NCBI GenBank assembly: GCA_036677085.1
Contig: JAKFFI010000049.1
Location: 12,974 to 36,973, forward strand
Reading direction: 5' to 3'
Length of the DNA: 24,000 nucleotides
From: Porticoccaceae bacterium
Lineage (GTDB): Bacteria > Pseudomonadota > Gammaproteobacteria > Pseudomonadales > Porticoccaceae
The notes below the pieces were generated by a model. That model had not been told where the DNA came from and made no database searches. It saw only the letters and a list, made by a program, of their open reading frames with translations. Position 1 is the stretch's first letter. Every line of letters begins with the position of its first letter. The position numbers and the translations under genes are program-made. Positions 1-8,361 of the stretch are shown one piece after another.

Positions 1-434
1 GTCAGGACATCCTGCGCATCGGCACCTACGAGGTGGGTTCACGTTCCTATGTGGGTCGTTTCAATTTCAAGGGCAGCGACCAGCAGAAACGGGTCGGCGA
101 TCTCTCCGGTGGTGAGCGGGGCCGCCTGCACCTGGCCAACACCCTCAAGCAGGGCGCCAATGTGCTGCTCCTGGACGAACCCTCCAACGACCTGGATCTG
201 GAAACCCTGCGCGCGCTGGAAGAAGCCATTCTGGCGTTTCCCGGCTGCGCTCTGGTGATCTCCCACGACCGCTGGTTCCTGGACCGCATCGCCACCCATA
301 TCCTGGCGTTCGAGGGCAACAGCGAAGTGGTGTTCCACGAGGGCAATTACAGCGATTACCACGCGGATCTGCTGGCCCGCAAAGGTACCGAAGCACAACC
401 ACAGCGTGTCCGCTACAAGCCGCTGAAAACCTGA
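1..434 (+). CDS. ettA: ABC-F ATPase, EttA/YjjK-like (energy-dependent translational throttle), C-terminal part; 5' end lies outside the window
   Basis: Frame is open from nt 3 to TGA at 432-434. Translation has the ABC signature LSGGERGR, Walker [13 protein letters not shown]-loop region ISHDRWFLD and a typical EttA C-terminal tail. Confidence 0.85.
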   Translation, partial: QDILRIGTYEVGSRSYVGRFNFKGSDQQKRVGDLSGGERGRLHLANTLKQGANVLLLDEPSNDLDLETLRALEEAILAFPGCALVISHDRWFLDRIATHILAFEGNSEVVFHEGNYSDYHADLLARKGTEAQPQRVRYKPLKT

Positions 435-504
435 TCGGCGTAAATCAGGATCAGGGCCAACGACCCCGCCGGTGGCGGGCGTGCGGCATGAAGGAGACGA
501 AATC

Positions 505-1074
505 GTGATCGACACCACTTTTCTCGCGGTTGGCTCCATGATGCTGCTGACGGGATATGCCGTGATGGGCCGCAGCAATCTGGTACGTATGCGGCAACAG
601 GCCTCCAAGGCATGGGCCATTATCGAGCCGCCCTTGAAACAACGCGATGCCGCGCTGAGCGAGCTGGAAGTCACCTGCCGACAATTGATGCCGCAGGAAC
701 GCGGCGCACTGGAGCGGGTCGCGGCGGCGCGAGCGCGGGTTGCGAGCGCACATCAGGCGTTCGATCCGGCGGCACTGGGACCCGCGGAAGCCGAGCTGCG
801 CAGCGGTCTCAGCCAGTTATTCGCGGCGGCCCAAAACCTCAAGAATCAGGCCGGCGATTCACCGTTTCGGCAGCTGTTCGCGCGGATCATTGCGCTAGAA
901 GAGAAGATTGCGGAACGTGGGGAAGCCTACAATTCCGCGGTTAATTTCCATAACCTGCAGATTGCGCAGTTTCCCTACCTGCTGCTGGCCCGGCCCTTGG
1001 GGTTTACGGCGTTAGTCCGTCTCTCATCAGCTGGCTGGAAGGCGACTGATGCCGGTGGCAGTGCTTCGTTATAG
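505..1074 (+). CDS. LemA-family membrane protein
   Basis: ORF 472-1074. I prefer GTG at 505, which is preceded by AAGGAG (about 491-496). It has an N-terminal hydrophobic helix (FLAVGSMMLLTGYAV), then the LemA-like pattern (R..ASKAW..IE..LKQR ... AYNSAVNFHN..I..FP..LLA..LGF). TAG stop at 1072-1074. Confidence 0.75.
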   Translation: MIDTTFLAVGSMMLLTGYAVMGRSNLVRMRQQASKAWAIIEPPLKQRDAALSELEVTCRQLMPQERGALERVAAARARVASAHQAFDPAALGPAEAELRSGLSQLFAAAQNLKNQAGDSPFRQLFARIIALEEKIAERGEAYNSAVNFHNLQIAQFPYLLLARPLGFTALVRLSSAGWKATDAGGSASL

Positions 1075-1182
1075 CTTGGTACCTTTGTCACCATGAAATT
1101 GTCGATAATCCGCGGTTCATTGACCTTGGGGACGCCGATCGCAGCGCACCGGCGCTGCCGGCGCCCTGTTCAGGATCCAGCC

Positions 1183-2184
1183 ATGTTGCGGTTCAGCCGT
1201 CCGCTGTGGGCAACCTTGCTTGTTGGTGCGCTGCTGGTCCAGGCATCGGCGCACGCAGACACTCTCATTCTCGCGCCCGCGGATACGCGACTGGTTGGCA
1301 CGGTGCGCTACATCAAATCGCGAACCGAAGATACGCTGGTCGATCTCGCCCTGCTTCACGGTCAGGGCTACGACGAAATGCGCAGCGCAAACCCTACGGT
1401 TGACGCCTGGCTGCCGGGCCAGGGCACTGTTATCACCATTCCTTCCCAGTACCTTCTGCCCGATGCAGTGCGGGAAGGGATCATCGTGAACCTCGCGGAA
1501 ATGCGCCTTTACTACTACCCCACGCCCGGTCTCGGGGTGCCACCATCCGTCATCACCTATCCGATCGGGATTGGCCGCGACGACTGGCCCTCACCCACTG
1601 GAGCGACCAAGATCGTCGCGAAGATCCCTCAACCGGCCTGGCATCCGCCAGCCTCCATCCGCGCGGAACATGCCGCCCAGGGCCGCCCGCTCCCCGCCTA
1701 CGTGCCACCCGGACCGGACAACCCGCTCGGTCAGTACGCCATGCGCCTGGGTTTTTCGGGCTATCTCCTGCACGGAACCAACAAGCGCTATGGGGTTGGT
1801 ATGCGGGTATCCCACGGCTGCATCCGGCTGTATCCGGCCGATATCGAGGCGCTGTTCGCCCAGGTACCCAACGGCACCCGGGTGGAATTGATCGACAAGC
1901 CCTACAAGGCCGCCGTTCAGAACGGGCGTCTCTATGTCGAGGTGCATCAACGCTACGACGAGAATGGCATTACTCAGGGTGACTTCACCGCATTGCTGGA
2001 GGTGGTTCACCAGACCCTGGCCGAACACTCCGGCCTGCTGGCGGGAGCGCCAAATCTGGCAGAGCTCCCCGCAATTTATGCCCGGGCAAGCGGGATGCCG
2101 GTCGCGCTCGAGGTCATCGGCGGTGGTCGGCCCGCGGGTGACGGTCATCGCCTGACACAGGCGGGTGGAGCCGAGGCACGGTGA
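1183..2184 (+). CDS. L,D-transpeptidase, YkuD domain (ErfK/YbiS/YcfS/YnhG family) with LysM-like N-terminal segment
   Basis: ORF 1093-2184. ATG at 1183 gives a signal peptide MLRFSRPLWATLLVGALLVQASAHA. Family motifs are IVNLAEMRLYYYP, GPDNPLG and LHGTN, plus the catalytic SHGCIRL. Confidence 0.9.
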   Translation: MLRFSRPLWATLLVGALLVQASAHADTLILAPADTRLVGTVRYIKSRTEDTLVDLALLHGQGYDEMRSANPTVDAWLPGQGTVITIPSQYLLPDAVREGIIVNLAEMRLYYYPTPGLGVPPSVITYPIGIGRDDWPSPTGATKIVAKIPQPAWHPPASIRAEHAAQGRPLPAYVPPGPDNPLGQYAMRLGFSGYLLHGTNKRYGVGMRVSHGCIRLYPADIEALFAQVPNGTRVELIDKPYKAAVQNGRLYVEVHQRYDENGITQGDFTALLEVVHQTLAEHSGLLAGAPNLAELPAIYARASGMPVALEVIGGGRPAGDGHRLTQAGGAEAR

Positions 2185-2230
2185 TTACTCCGCCTCCGTC
2201 ACTGAGATGGCTAAAAAAATTCAAGGCATA

Positions 2231-2267
2231 AAAAAAGGCCGGCCTCGGTATACCGAGGCCGGCCTTT
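2231..2267. terminator. Bidirectional rho-independent terminator between convergent L,D-transpeptidase and lipoprotein genes
   Basis: Perfect 12-bp GC-rich stem ggccggcctcgg (2237-2248) / ccgaggccggcc (2253-2264) with loop tata. It is flanked by an A-run (2230-2236, a U-run for the minus-strand transcript) and TTT (2265-2267). Confidence 0.75.
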
Positions 2268-2308
2268 GCCGCACACCTAGCCCGCCAGGGGGCCTCGGCG
2301 CGGGAAGA

Positions 2309-2596
2309 TCACTTACGCTGTGACCGCTCGAATACGCGATCGAGCTTGCTCTGAACTTCGTTGCAGCACGCTTGCGACTTGTCAGCCTTGGCGGATGCTG
2401 CGTCTGCCGCAGATTTTGCGGCTGCAGCGGTTTGCTGCGCCGAGCTTGCGGTCTGTTTGGCTTCCTGAGCAGTACGCAGCGCCTCGTCTGCCGTGCTCTG
2501 GGCCTTCTGGACGCTTGAGTTGGATGCGCAACCTGCGGCCAGAGCCACAACAGCTGCCAGAGCCAGTACCCTTATTCCCTTGCTTTGCTGAAGCAT
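2309..2596 (-). CDS. Lpp/OprI-like outer-membrane lipoprotein (alanine-rich coiled coil, C-terminal RK)
   Basis: Internal ATG at 2596 of ORF 2309-2737, preceded by AAGGGGA. Lipobox is LAAGC|ASNSS. The body is Ala/Gln/Lys-rich and heptad-like, resembling Pseudomonas OprI and E. coli Lpp. It ends in ...SQRK (Lpp ends YRK, OprI ends SRK). Confidence 0.8.
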   Translation of the reverse strand: MLQQSKGIRVLALAAVVALAAGCASNSSVQKAQSTADEALRTAQEAKQTASSAQQTAAAAKSAADAASAKADKSQACCNEVQSKLDRVFERSQRK

Positions 2597-2804
2597 GGTA
2601 AATCCCCTTGATGGAATGATCGGTTTTGCACACTGACGAAACAAAACAGTGGTGTCGTCCCGCCCCTGATCGCCCGGTACCGCCCAGCCCGCAGACAGTA
2701 CCCAAACCCCAGGCACTACGGCCACCGATGAAACCATAGCAAATTCAGACCAAAAACGCAGCCGATATGTATCAAGTATTGGCGCAAATCCAGTGGCGGT
2801 GCGC

Positions 2805-3806
2805 TCAAGAGTCTGGCGAAGCAGCCGCCGCAGGCGTCGATTCCGCTGGCGCTGGCGCTGGCGCTGGCGCTGGCGCTGGCGGAACAGTGTTCACTGGCCG
2901 CACCCAAATCTCCAGGTCGCGCGGTGCCCCACTGCGATGCCAGGCCTCGAGCGCGGATCTGACGCTCGCGAAACGCCCAAAGGTGACCAAAATATACTGA
3001 TGGGGATCCTGAGGTTCCCGCCGTAACGCCAAGGTCGGCAGATCACCCAGATTGTGTTGCGCGATATAGGCACGGGCAGCGCGATCGCTTTTGAAAGCGC
3101 CGATCTGCACCGTGTAAGTACGCCGATCGCGGATTTCAGTCGGGCCCGGTGCGCGGACCGCGCCAACCGCTGGTACGGACCGTGGTTTGATGGGTATGGC
3201 GGCGGTGGGCGTGGTGGGTGGCGCGAGCACTTTTTCGGGCTGCGGGAACTGCTCGTGGACTTCGCCCCGCGGTTCCGCTGCCGCTTTGGCGTCCGCGTCC
3301 GCCGCCGCCTTTTCCCAACGCGCGAAGACCGGCTCCGGTTCAGGTGGTGGCTTCCGCGGTTCCCGATCCGCAGCTTTCGACTCCGACACCGGCGGGACCT
3401 CCACAACGCCAGCGGACAGTGCCGGCAAAGCCGCACTCCATCGGTTTGCGTTGCTCTCAGGCTGCTGGAGCACGAGCTGAGCCCTGGCCTGCCGGGTCCT
3501 CTCGGGAGCGCCAGAGGGTTCATTTGCAGTGGTCGCGGTTCCAGTCTCGACGTTGGGCGCGACCTGGCGCGACGCCGACACGCTGTTCCGCTGACGCTGC
3601 TGGCTGCAGGCCCAGTCGCGGCCATCCGGTGTCCGCTCGCAGAACCAGCTCTCCTGATCACTCCGCGGCTGTGGCGTTGCGCAACCGGCGGTGCATATCA
3701 CAAGGACACCCAGCAACGCCCTGCCGCGCGGCACCCCGGTGATCTCGCGCAGTCGTCGACCCACGACGCGCACTGCCGAATCACATACCCAGGTCGGCGA
3801 GCGCAT
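2805..3806 (-). CDS. SPOR-domain (peptidoglycan-binding) lipoprotein with proline-rich linker
   Basis: ORF 2805-3806 has a lipobox-like LGVLVICTAGC near the N-terminus, a long Pro/Ala/Glu-rich low-complexity middle, and a C-terminal SPOR-like block YTVQIGAFKSDRAARAYIAQH...YILVTFGRFASVRSALEAW. The ATG at 3806 overlaps the upstream gene by 26 nt, so in-frame GTGs at 3773 or 3764 are alternative starts. Confidence 0.75.
   Translation of the reverse strand: MRSPTWVCDSAVRVVGRRLREITGVPRGRALLGVLVICTAGCATPQPRSDQESWFCERTPDGRDWACSQQRQRNSVSASRQVAPNVETGTATTANEPSGAPERTRQARAQLVLQQPESNANRWSAALPALSAGVVEVPPVSESKAADREPRKPPPEPEPVFARWEKAAADADAKAAAEPRGEVHEQFPQPEKVLAPPTTPTAAIPIKPRSVPAVGAVRAPGPTEIRDRRTYTVQIGAFKSDRAARAYIAQHNLGDLPTLALRREPQDPHQYILVTFGRFASVRSALEAWHRSGAPRDLEIWVRPVNTVPPAPAPAPAPAPAESTPAAAASPDS
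2845..2880. repeat. Perfect hexanucleotide microsatellite (GCTGGC)x6, encoding (PA)6 at the C-terminus of the SPOR protein
   Basis: Six uninterrupted gctggc units read directly from the sequence at 2845-2880. On the minus strand they translate to PAPAPAPAPAPA. Confidence 0.95.
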
Positions 3807-4047
3807 CGACGACCCGGCGCAGGGCAGCGGCGATGCTCGGATGATCGGTCTCGAACACCGCCACCTGGGCCTCGAGGCGCGCGCGCAGCGTTCCCCGCCC
3901 CGCGCGCAGGGGTTCGGCGGTAAGGGTGGTTACATCGTGGACCACGTGACTCACGAGCGTCAGCAGATCCGGATCTGCTTCGGTGGCGCGCGCAAGCTCC
4001 TCCTGGAGGGCCGCCAGTTCTTCGGCGAGGGATTTCCGCATGTCCAT
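3781..4047 (-). CDS. Small acidic helical protein, DUF4404-like
   Basis: 88-aa ORF with ATG at 4047 preceded by GGAG. The pattern L..EL..L..EL......D...L..L..DV...........L...LE..V..FE.DHP.....LR.V.D.LA.LGM matches my memory of DUF4404 proteins. It lies directly upstream of the SPOR gene on the same strand. Confidence 0.55.
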   Translation of the reverse strand: MDMRKSLAEELAALQEELARATEADPDLLTLVSHVVHDVTTLTAEPLRAGRGTLRARLEAQVAVFETDHPSIAAALRRVVDALADLGM

Positions 4048-4312
4048 GTCAAGGCTCCAGTCGCGCTCGGCGCGGGGTTTGATGAAAGACTGACAGGCTC
4101 TGAGCCCGTCTTATGAAAAACCTAACTCGCTGATGCTGTCCAGGGTAAGTTTGCCGATTCCCCGCGCGAAATCAGGTTGTTCAGTACTTTCTCGGAATTG
4201 CTCAAGCTACTTTATGCCAGACGCGACGGTTAGCACAGAAGTCGTTGATCGGCTGGCGCGATGTCACCATGGCGCACCGAAATAAGGCGATCAGGCTATA
4301 GGTGGGCCCTAT

Positions 4313-4328
4313 TGGCGCAGTGTTTGCT
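4313..4328 (+). promoter_or_regulatory. Candidate sigma54 (-24/-12) promoter for amtB
   Basis: TGGCGC-AGTGT-TTGCT fits the TGGCAC-N5-TTGCW consensus, with the invariant GG and GC at correct spacing. It sits 114 nt upstream of the amtB ATG in an AT-richer intergenic region. Confidence 0.6.
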
Positions 4329-4441
4329 TATACCTGCGACAAACATAACTTTCTCTTTAAAAGTGCACTATTTTGGGTCGATATTAGTTCTTTATCCTCT
4401 TTGGCGCACCTTTTAAGACCACACTTGCCACGAGATGCCCT

Positions 4442-5755
4442 ATGCCATCCGCCCTAAAAAGAACCGCCACTCTGGTACCAGCCGCGCTCCCCCTGCTGGC
4501 ACTGCCGGCGTCCGGATACGCCGATGCATTGAACGGCGCCGACACCGCCTGGATGCTGACCGCTACGGCACTGGTACTGTTCATGACCATCCCCGGGCTA
4601 TCGCTGTTTTACAGCGGCCTGGTGCGCACCAAAAATGTGCTTTCGGTAGCCATGCAATGCTTTGCCATCACCTGCGGTGCCTCCGTCATCTGGCTGTTGG
4701 TCGGCTACAGCCTCGCGTTCGGCGACGGCGGCAGCGTCAACGCCTGGATCGGCGGCCTGGACCGGACGCTGTTCCGGGGTATCGACGTGGATTCCGTAAA
4801 GGGCACCATCCCGGAATCGCTCTTCGCGCTGTTTCAAATGACCTTCGCCATCATCACGCCGGCCCTGATCGTCGGCGGCTTCGCCGAACGCATGCGCTTT
4901 TCGGCCATGCTGATTTTCAGTCTGGCCTGGTTGCTGGTTGTGTATATCCCGATATGCCACTGGGTCTGGGGCGGCGGCTGGCTCGCCCAGATGGGCCTGC
5001 TGGATTTCGCCGGCGGTACCGTCGTCCACATTAGCGCAGGCGTTGCCGCACTGGTTGCCGCCATGGTGCTCGGCCCCCGCAAGGGTTTCGGCACCCATAG
5101 CCTGTCGCCCCACAACCTCACCCTCACCGTCGCCGGCGCGGGAATGCTGTGGGTGGGCTGGTTCGGTTTCAATGGCGGTTCCGCCCTGGCCGCCAACGGC
5201 AGTGCCAGCATGGCGATCCTGGTGACCCACGTCTCGGCGGCTGGCGGCGCCCTCGCCTGGATGGGCATGGAGTGGCTGCGCCACGGCAAGCCCTCGGTGT
5301 TGGGCATCGTGACCGGCATGGTAGCGGGACTCGGGACCATCACGCCGGCGTCGGGGTATGTAGGTCCGGGCGCAGCACTGGCCATCGGGCTCGCGGCCGG
5401 CGTGGTCTGTTACTTCGCCACGCAAACGCTCAAGCAGGTGTTGCGGGTGGACGATTCGCTGGATGTGTTCCCGGTCCACGGCGTGGGTGGAATACTCGGC
5501 ACCCTGCTGGCCGGCTTCTTCGCATCCGACCAGTTGGGTGTGTTCAGCGGCAGGGGCTACGCCGAGGGCATGACAATGAGCAGCCAGATGAGTGTCCAGC
5601 TGACCGGAGTTGCCGCAACCGTGGCATTCACCGCCACCGCTACTTTCGTGCTGCTCAAGGTTCTGGACCTGACGCTGGGCTTGCGGGTAACCACCGACCA
5701 GGAGACCGAAGGCCTCGACCTCACCCAACACGACGAGCGCGGTTACGATATCTGA
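4442..5755 (+). CDS. amtB: Ammonium transporter (Amt family) with N-terminal signal peptide
   Basis: 437-aa ORF. The N-terminus ...ALNGADTAWMLTATALVLFMTIPGLSLFYSGLVRTKNVLS, together with FAGGTVVHISAG, GWFGFNGGS and VHGVGGILGTLL, are hallmark Amt motifs. TGA stop at 5753-5755. Confidence 0.93.
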   Translation: MPSALKRTATLVPAALPLLALPASGYADALNGADTAWMLTATALVLFMTIPGLSLFYSGLVRTKNVLSVAMQCFAITCGASVIWLLVGYSLAFGDGGSVNAWIGGLDRTLFRGIDVDSVKGTIPESLFALFQMTFAIITPALIVGGFAERMRFSAMLIFSLAWLLVVYIPICHWVWGGGWLAQMGLLDFAGGTVVHISAGVAALVAAMVLGPRKGFGTHSLSPHNLTLTVAGAGMLWVGWFGFNGGSALAANGSASMAILVTHVSAAGGALAWMGMEWLRHGKPSVLGIVTGMVAGLGTITPASGYVGPGAALAIGLAAGVVCYFATQTLKQVLRVDDSLDVFPVHGVGGILGTLLAGFFASDQLGVFSGRGYAEGMTMSSQMSVQLTGVAATVAFTATATFVLLKVLDLTLGLRVTTDQETEGLDLTQHDERGYDI

Positions 5756-5769
5756 TGCCCGCACCGCTC

Positions 5770-5801
5770 ACCGCCATGGCCGACGCAACGGCCATGGCGG
5801 T
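5770..5801. terminator. Stem-loop (13-bp stem) inside repeat copy 1; terminator-like but with no U-tract
   Basis: accgccatggccg (5770-5782) pairs perfectly with cggccatggcggt (5789-5801) around the loop acgcaa. It lies between convergent amtB and the DUF6580 gene. Confidence 0.4.
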
Positions 5802-5827
5802 TACGATATCTGATGCCCGCACCGCTC

Positions 5828-5859
5828 ACCGCCATGGCCGACGCAACGGCCATGGCGGT
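5828..5859. terminator. Second copy of the same 13-bp stem-loop (repeat copy 2)
   Basis: Identical sequence to 5770-5801, shifted by 58 bp. Confidence 0.4.
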
Positions 5860-5870
5860 GGATGAATACC

Positions 5871-6386
5871 TCAGACCAGCGCCTTGTGCCGGTCCGACCG
5901 GACGGCGAGCCAGTACTCCATCCCGAACAGCAGCGCGCCATAAACCAGCGTCGCGAGCACTGTCTGGTGAAAAAACGGCAGTGCTGCGAGATAGCAGGCC
6001 GCCAACCCCGCACCGGTGGCGGGATAGATGTCCTGGGTCAACCAGACACCGGCGTTGCTGACCAGAAAAAACAGACTCGCACCCGTTATCCCCGCCGCCA
6101 GCAACGGCAGGGGACGGCGCCGCGCTCCGAGCCAGCGTCCAGCCCCGACCGTCAACGCCATGCCCAGATAGACAAACGCCATGGTGGCGTGGAACCCCAG
6201 CCACAGATCCGCCATCAGCATCGCCGCCAATGGCACCAGCAATGCCAGCCGCCAGTCCCGCAGCGCGGCGCCGCTGAACAGCGCCAGCGCCATCACCGGT
6301 GAAAAATTCGGCGGATGCGGCAGCAGGCGGGTCAGCGCGGCAATGAAGATGGCGATGGCGAGAATCCGGGTGGTCGGGGACGGCAT
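5871..6386 (-). CDS. DUF6580-type polytopic membrane protein (putative transporter component), co-operonic with btuB-like receptor
   Basis: 171-aa hydrophobic ORF. The N-terminal motif LTRLLPHPPNFSPVMALALFSG is the signature I associate with the DUF6580 family of putative transport proteins. It starts 43 nt downstream of the receptor gene on the same strand. Confidence 0.7.
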   Translation of the reverse strand: MPSPTTRILAIAIFIAALTRLLPHPPNFSPVMALALFSGAALRDWRLALLVPLAAMLMADLWLGFHATMAFVYLGMALTVGAGRWLGARRRPLPLLAAGITGASLFFLVSNAGVWLTQDIYPATGAGLAACYLAALPFFHQTVLATLVYGALLFGMEYWLAVRSDRHKALV

Positions 6387-6429
6387 GGCATGGCTCCTGG
6401 TCGGTCGTTTCTGGTCAGGTGGATGCTGA

Positions 6430-8361
6430 TCAGAAGTCGCGGGAAAGCGTCAGCATCAAATTCCGCTCCGGGGATGGATACAGCGCCCGGGTACCGAAAA
6501 AGCTGGCGAACTCAGTGTACTGCTTGTCGGTGATGTTGTTCAGCCGGGCCTGCAGCGTCCAGGCCTGCCGGATCCAGGTCGCCGCCAGATTGGCCACTGT
6601 ATAGCCACCCTGTTGGGCATTGTTGGCGAGATCGAGGTTGCGGGGACCGGTATAAACCAGTTCGCCAAAGAGGTTGAGGTTCTGATCGAAGCGATAATTG
6701 GCGTTGAGTTTCAACAGCTGGCGAGCGACATCGGGTACATGGTTGCTGTCGTAAGGCCCGGCGACGAAGCGGGCATCGACATAGGTATAGATGCCGCCGA
6801 ACACGAGTGCGTCGGTCGCGTGGTAGCGCGCATCCAGGGTGCCGCCACGGCGGCGCGTGTCATCGAAATTGGTATTGGCACCAAAATCTCCGCGCCCCGG
6901 ATCGAAACCAATCTCGTGGTTCAGATCCTGCTGAAACAGCGCGGCATGAGCATCGACGACAGCCCAGCTCCACTCGCCGCCCAATTCCCAGGCGACGCCG
7001 CGCTGCACCTTCAGCGGGTTGAAATTGCCCAGAAAATCGATGTTTTCATCGGCCAGCGCGAAACGGAAGGTTTCGTCGCGATTCAGGTAATAACGGCCGC
7101 GGTCACCGCGCCAGTTGAGACCGACCGTGTGCACGACCGTGCTCTGGTCGTAGTTCAGATCGAAGGGTGTGACTTCGGCATCCAGACGGGCGTGACGCAA
7201 CCCGCCCTGCACGTCGAGACGGTCGAGCGGGCTATAGATGAAATGCAGGTATTCGCTGCGCTTGCGCTGGCGCTGTTCGGTACCGCTCGCACCAAAGCCG
7301 AAATCCAGCGCGAAGTCGTAGTCGACCCGTTCGACATCCATGCCCAGCGTGGCCCGCAGCCCGTCCGTCGCAAACACCAGACGCGGATCGAACGTCCTGA
7401 TCTGGCGCTGCTGTCCGGTGACCGCCGCACCAAAGCTCGACATCGAATTGATGGCCACATCCTCGTTCCGGTCGCCGTAGCTTGCGAACAGCTCCAGATA
7501 TTCCCCCAACCGCTGCTCGCCGCCGATCCGAACTGCCCGGTTGACGGCGGCATAATCGTTGAAACTCGACCCGGCCTGACGGCGATCCTGTGCGACCAGT
7601 GCCGCGGATAACGCGCCCGCCAGACGAAACTCGTCGTCACTCTGGCGCGCCTCGACGAACAGCTCGCCATCCCCGTGGCGCCAGCCCGCCCGCCCACTGT
7701 AGTTTTCGTAATTGATGGCGCCGCCATCCCGGTAGGCGTCGCTGCGCTCGATCTGGGTGCCGACCCGATAATAAAGGCCCGACGCAAATCGATCCTGATA
7801 GCTCCCGGCATAGTTTTCGGCATCGTAGCTGCCGCGCCCGACACTGACTCTGCCCTGACGGGGTCCACCGCTGCGCGTGATGATATTGATCACTCCGCCC
7901 ACCGCCTGATCGCCGTAGAGCGTGCCGGCACCGCCTTCCAGAATCTCAACACGCTCGATATCGCCCACCGCAACCGCCGTGAGGTCGGGCCCCGCCAGAT
8001 CCGTGTTATTGATGGAACGGCCATCGACCAGCACCTGGACGTTCTGCGCGCTGGCGAACCCGCGCAGGGCCAGCCGGCTGTCGCGCCCGGTGCCCATGCT
8101 GTCCTGCACCTGAACCGGGCCCAGGTTGCGCAGCAGTTCGGAAAGATTGTGGGCGCCACTGGCGCGGATTTGCTCCGCGTCGATCACCCGCACCGTGCTT
8201 GCGACATGATCGGCGCTATAGGGCGAGCGGGTGGCGGTGACCACCAGCTCTTCGTCGACCGGGATTGCCGCGCCTGCCGTCGCGACGGCAAACAAGGGTG
8301 CCGCCAGCGCGCCTGAAAACGCGCCCGACAACAAACGTTTCGAGTTGAACTGAACCGACAT
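6430..8361 (-). CDS. btuB: TonB-dependent outer-membrane receptor, BtuB-like (cobalamin)
   Basis: ATG at 8361 (internal to ORF 6430-8481) is preceded by GCGGAG. Signal peptide ...AVATAGAA, TonB box EELVVTATR, plug motifs (IRASGAHNLSELLRNLGPVQV, LALRGF) and a beta-barrel ending in a terminal F (LTLSRDF). A cobalamin riboswitch lies in the leader. Confidence 0.85.
   Translation of the reverse strand: MSVQFNSKRLLSGAFSGALAAPLFAVATAGAAIPVDEELVVTATRSPYSADHVASTVRVIDAEQIRASGAHNLSELLRNLGPVQVQDSMGTGRDSRLALRGFASAQNVQVLVDGRSINNTDLAGPDLTAVAVGDIERVEILEGGAGTLYGDQAVGGVINIITRSGGPRQGRVSVGRGSYDAENYAGSYQDRFASGLYYRVGTQIERSDAYRDGGAINYENYSGRAGWRHGDGELFVEARQSDDEFRLAGALSAALVAQDRRQAGSSFNDYAAVNRAVRIGGEQRLGEYLELFASYGDRNEDVAINSMSSFGAAVTGQQRQIRTFDPRLVFATDGLRATLGMDVERVDYDFALDFGFGASGTEQRQRKRSEYLHFIYSPLDRLDVQGGLRHARLDAEVTPFDLNYDQSTVVHTVGLNWRGDRGRYYLNRDETFRFALADENIDFLGNFNPLKVQRGVAWELGGEWSWAVVDAHAALFQQDLNHEIGFDPGRGDFGANTNFDDTRRRGGTLDARYHATDALVFGGIYTYVDARFVAGPYDSNHVPDVARQLLKLNANYRFDQNLNLFGELVYTGPRNLDLANNAQQGGYTVANLAATWIRQAWTLQARLNNITDKQYTEFASFFGTRALYPSPERNLMLTLSRDF

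Larger units (their letters stand above)
5739..5859. repeat. Perfect tandem duplication, 58-bp unit x2 (5741-5798, 5799-5856, plus a few flanking matching nt)
   Basis: The unit ggttacgatatctgatgcccgcaccgctcaccgccatggccgacgcaacggccatggc occurs twice back to back. Copy 1 contains the last four codons and stop of amtB. Confidence 0.95.

Noticed and set aside
2597-2737. N-terminal 47-codon extension of the lipoprotein ORF
   Set aside because: The internal ATG at 2596 has a strong AAGGGGA ribosome-binding site and yields a canonical lipoprotein signal peptide. The extension has no such features.
3054-3923. 289-aa plus-strand ORF, and ORFs at 2891-3661, 3218-3742 and 3691-4116, over the SPOR and DUF4404-like genes
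   Set aside because: They are extremely Arg/Pro/Gly-rich with no motifs. The minus-strand frame carries a lipobox and a SPOR domain.
4270-4410. Two further TGGCGCACC motifs (4270-4278, 4402-4410) as additional sigma54 promoters
   Set aside because: Neither has a GC dinucleotide at the -12 position (they continue GAAATAAG and TTTTAAGA). Only the 4313-4328 element fits the -24/-12 spacing.
4442-5755. Ammonium transporter in the same window as evidence that the CuMMO is an ammonia monooxygenase
   Set aside because: amtB is about 10 kb away and separated by unrelated operons. It has host-like GC and its own sigma54 promoter. Amt transporters are near-universal, so there is no functional linkage.
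4598-5764. 388-aa minus-strand ORF and several plus-strand alternative-frame ORFs over amtB
   Set aside because: amtB is unambiguous. The alternative frames give Arg/Gly/His-rich nonsense typical of GC-rich antisense frames.
6613-7611. 332-aa plus-strand ORF, and other long ORFs at 7155-7868, 7675-8316 and 8184-8675, within the btuB-like gene and its leader
   Set aside because: These are shadow ORFs opposite or out of frame to a TonB-dependent receptor with clear plug and barrel motifs. ORF 8184-8675 would run through the riboswitch.
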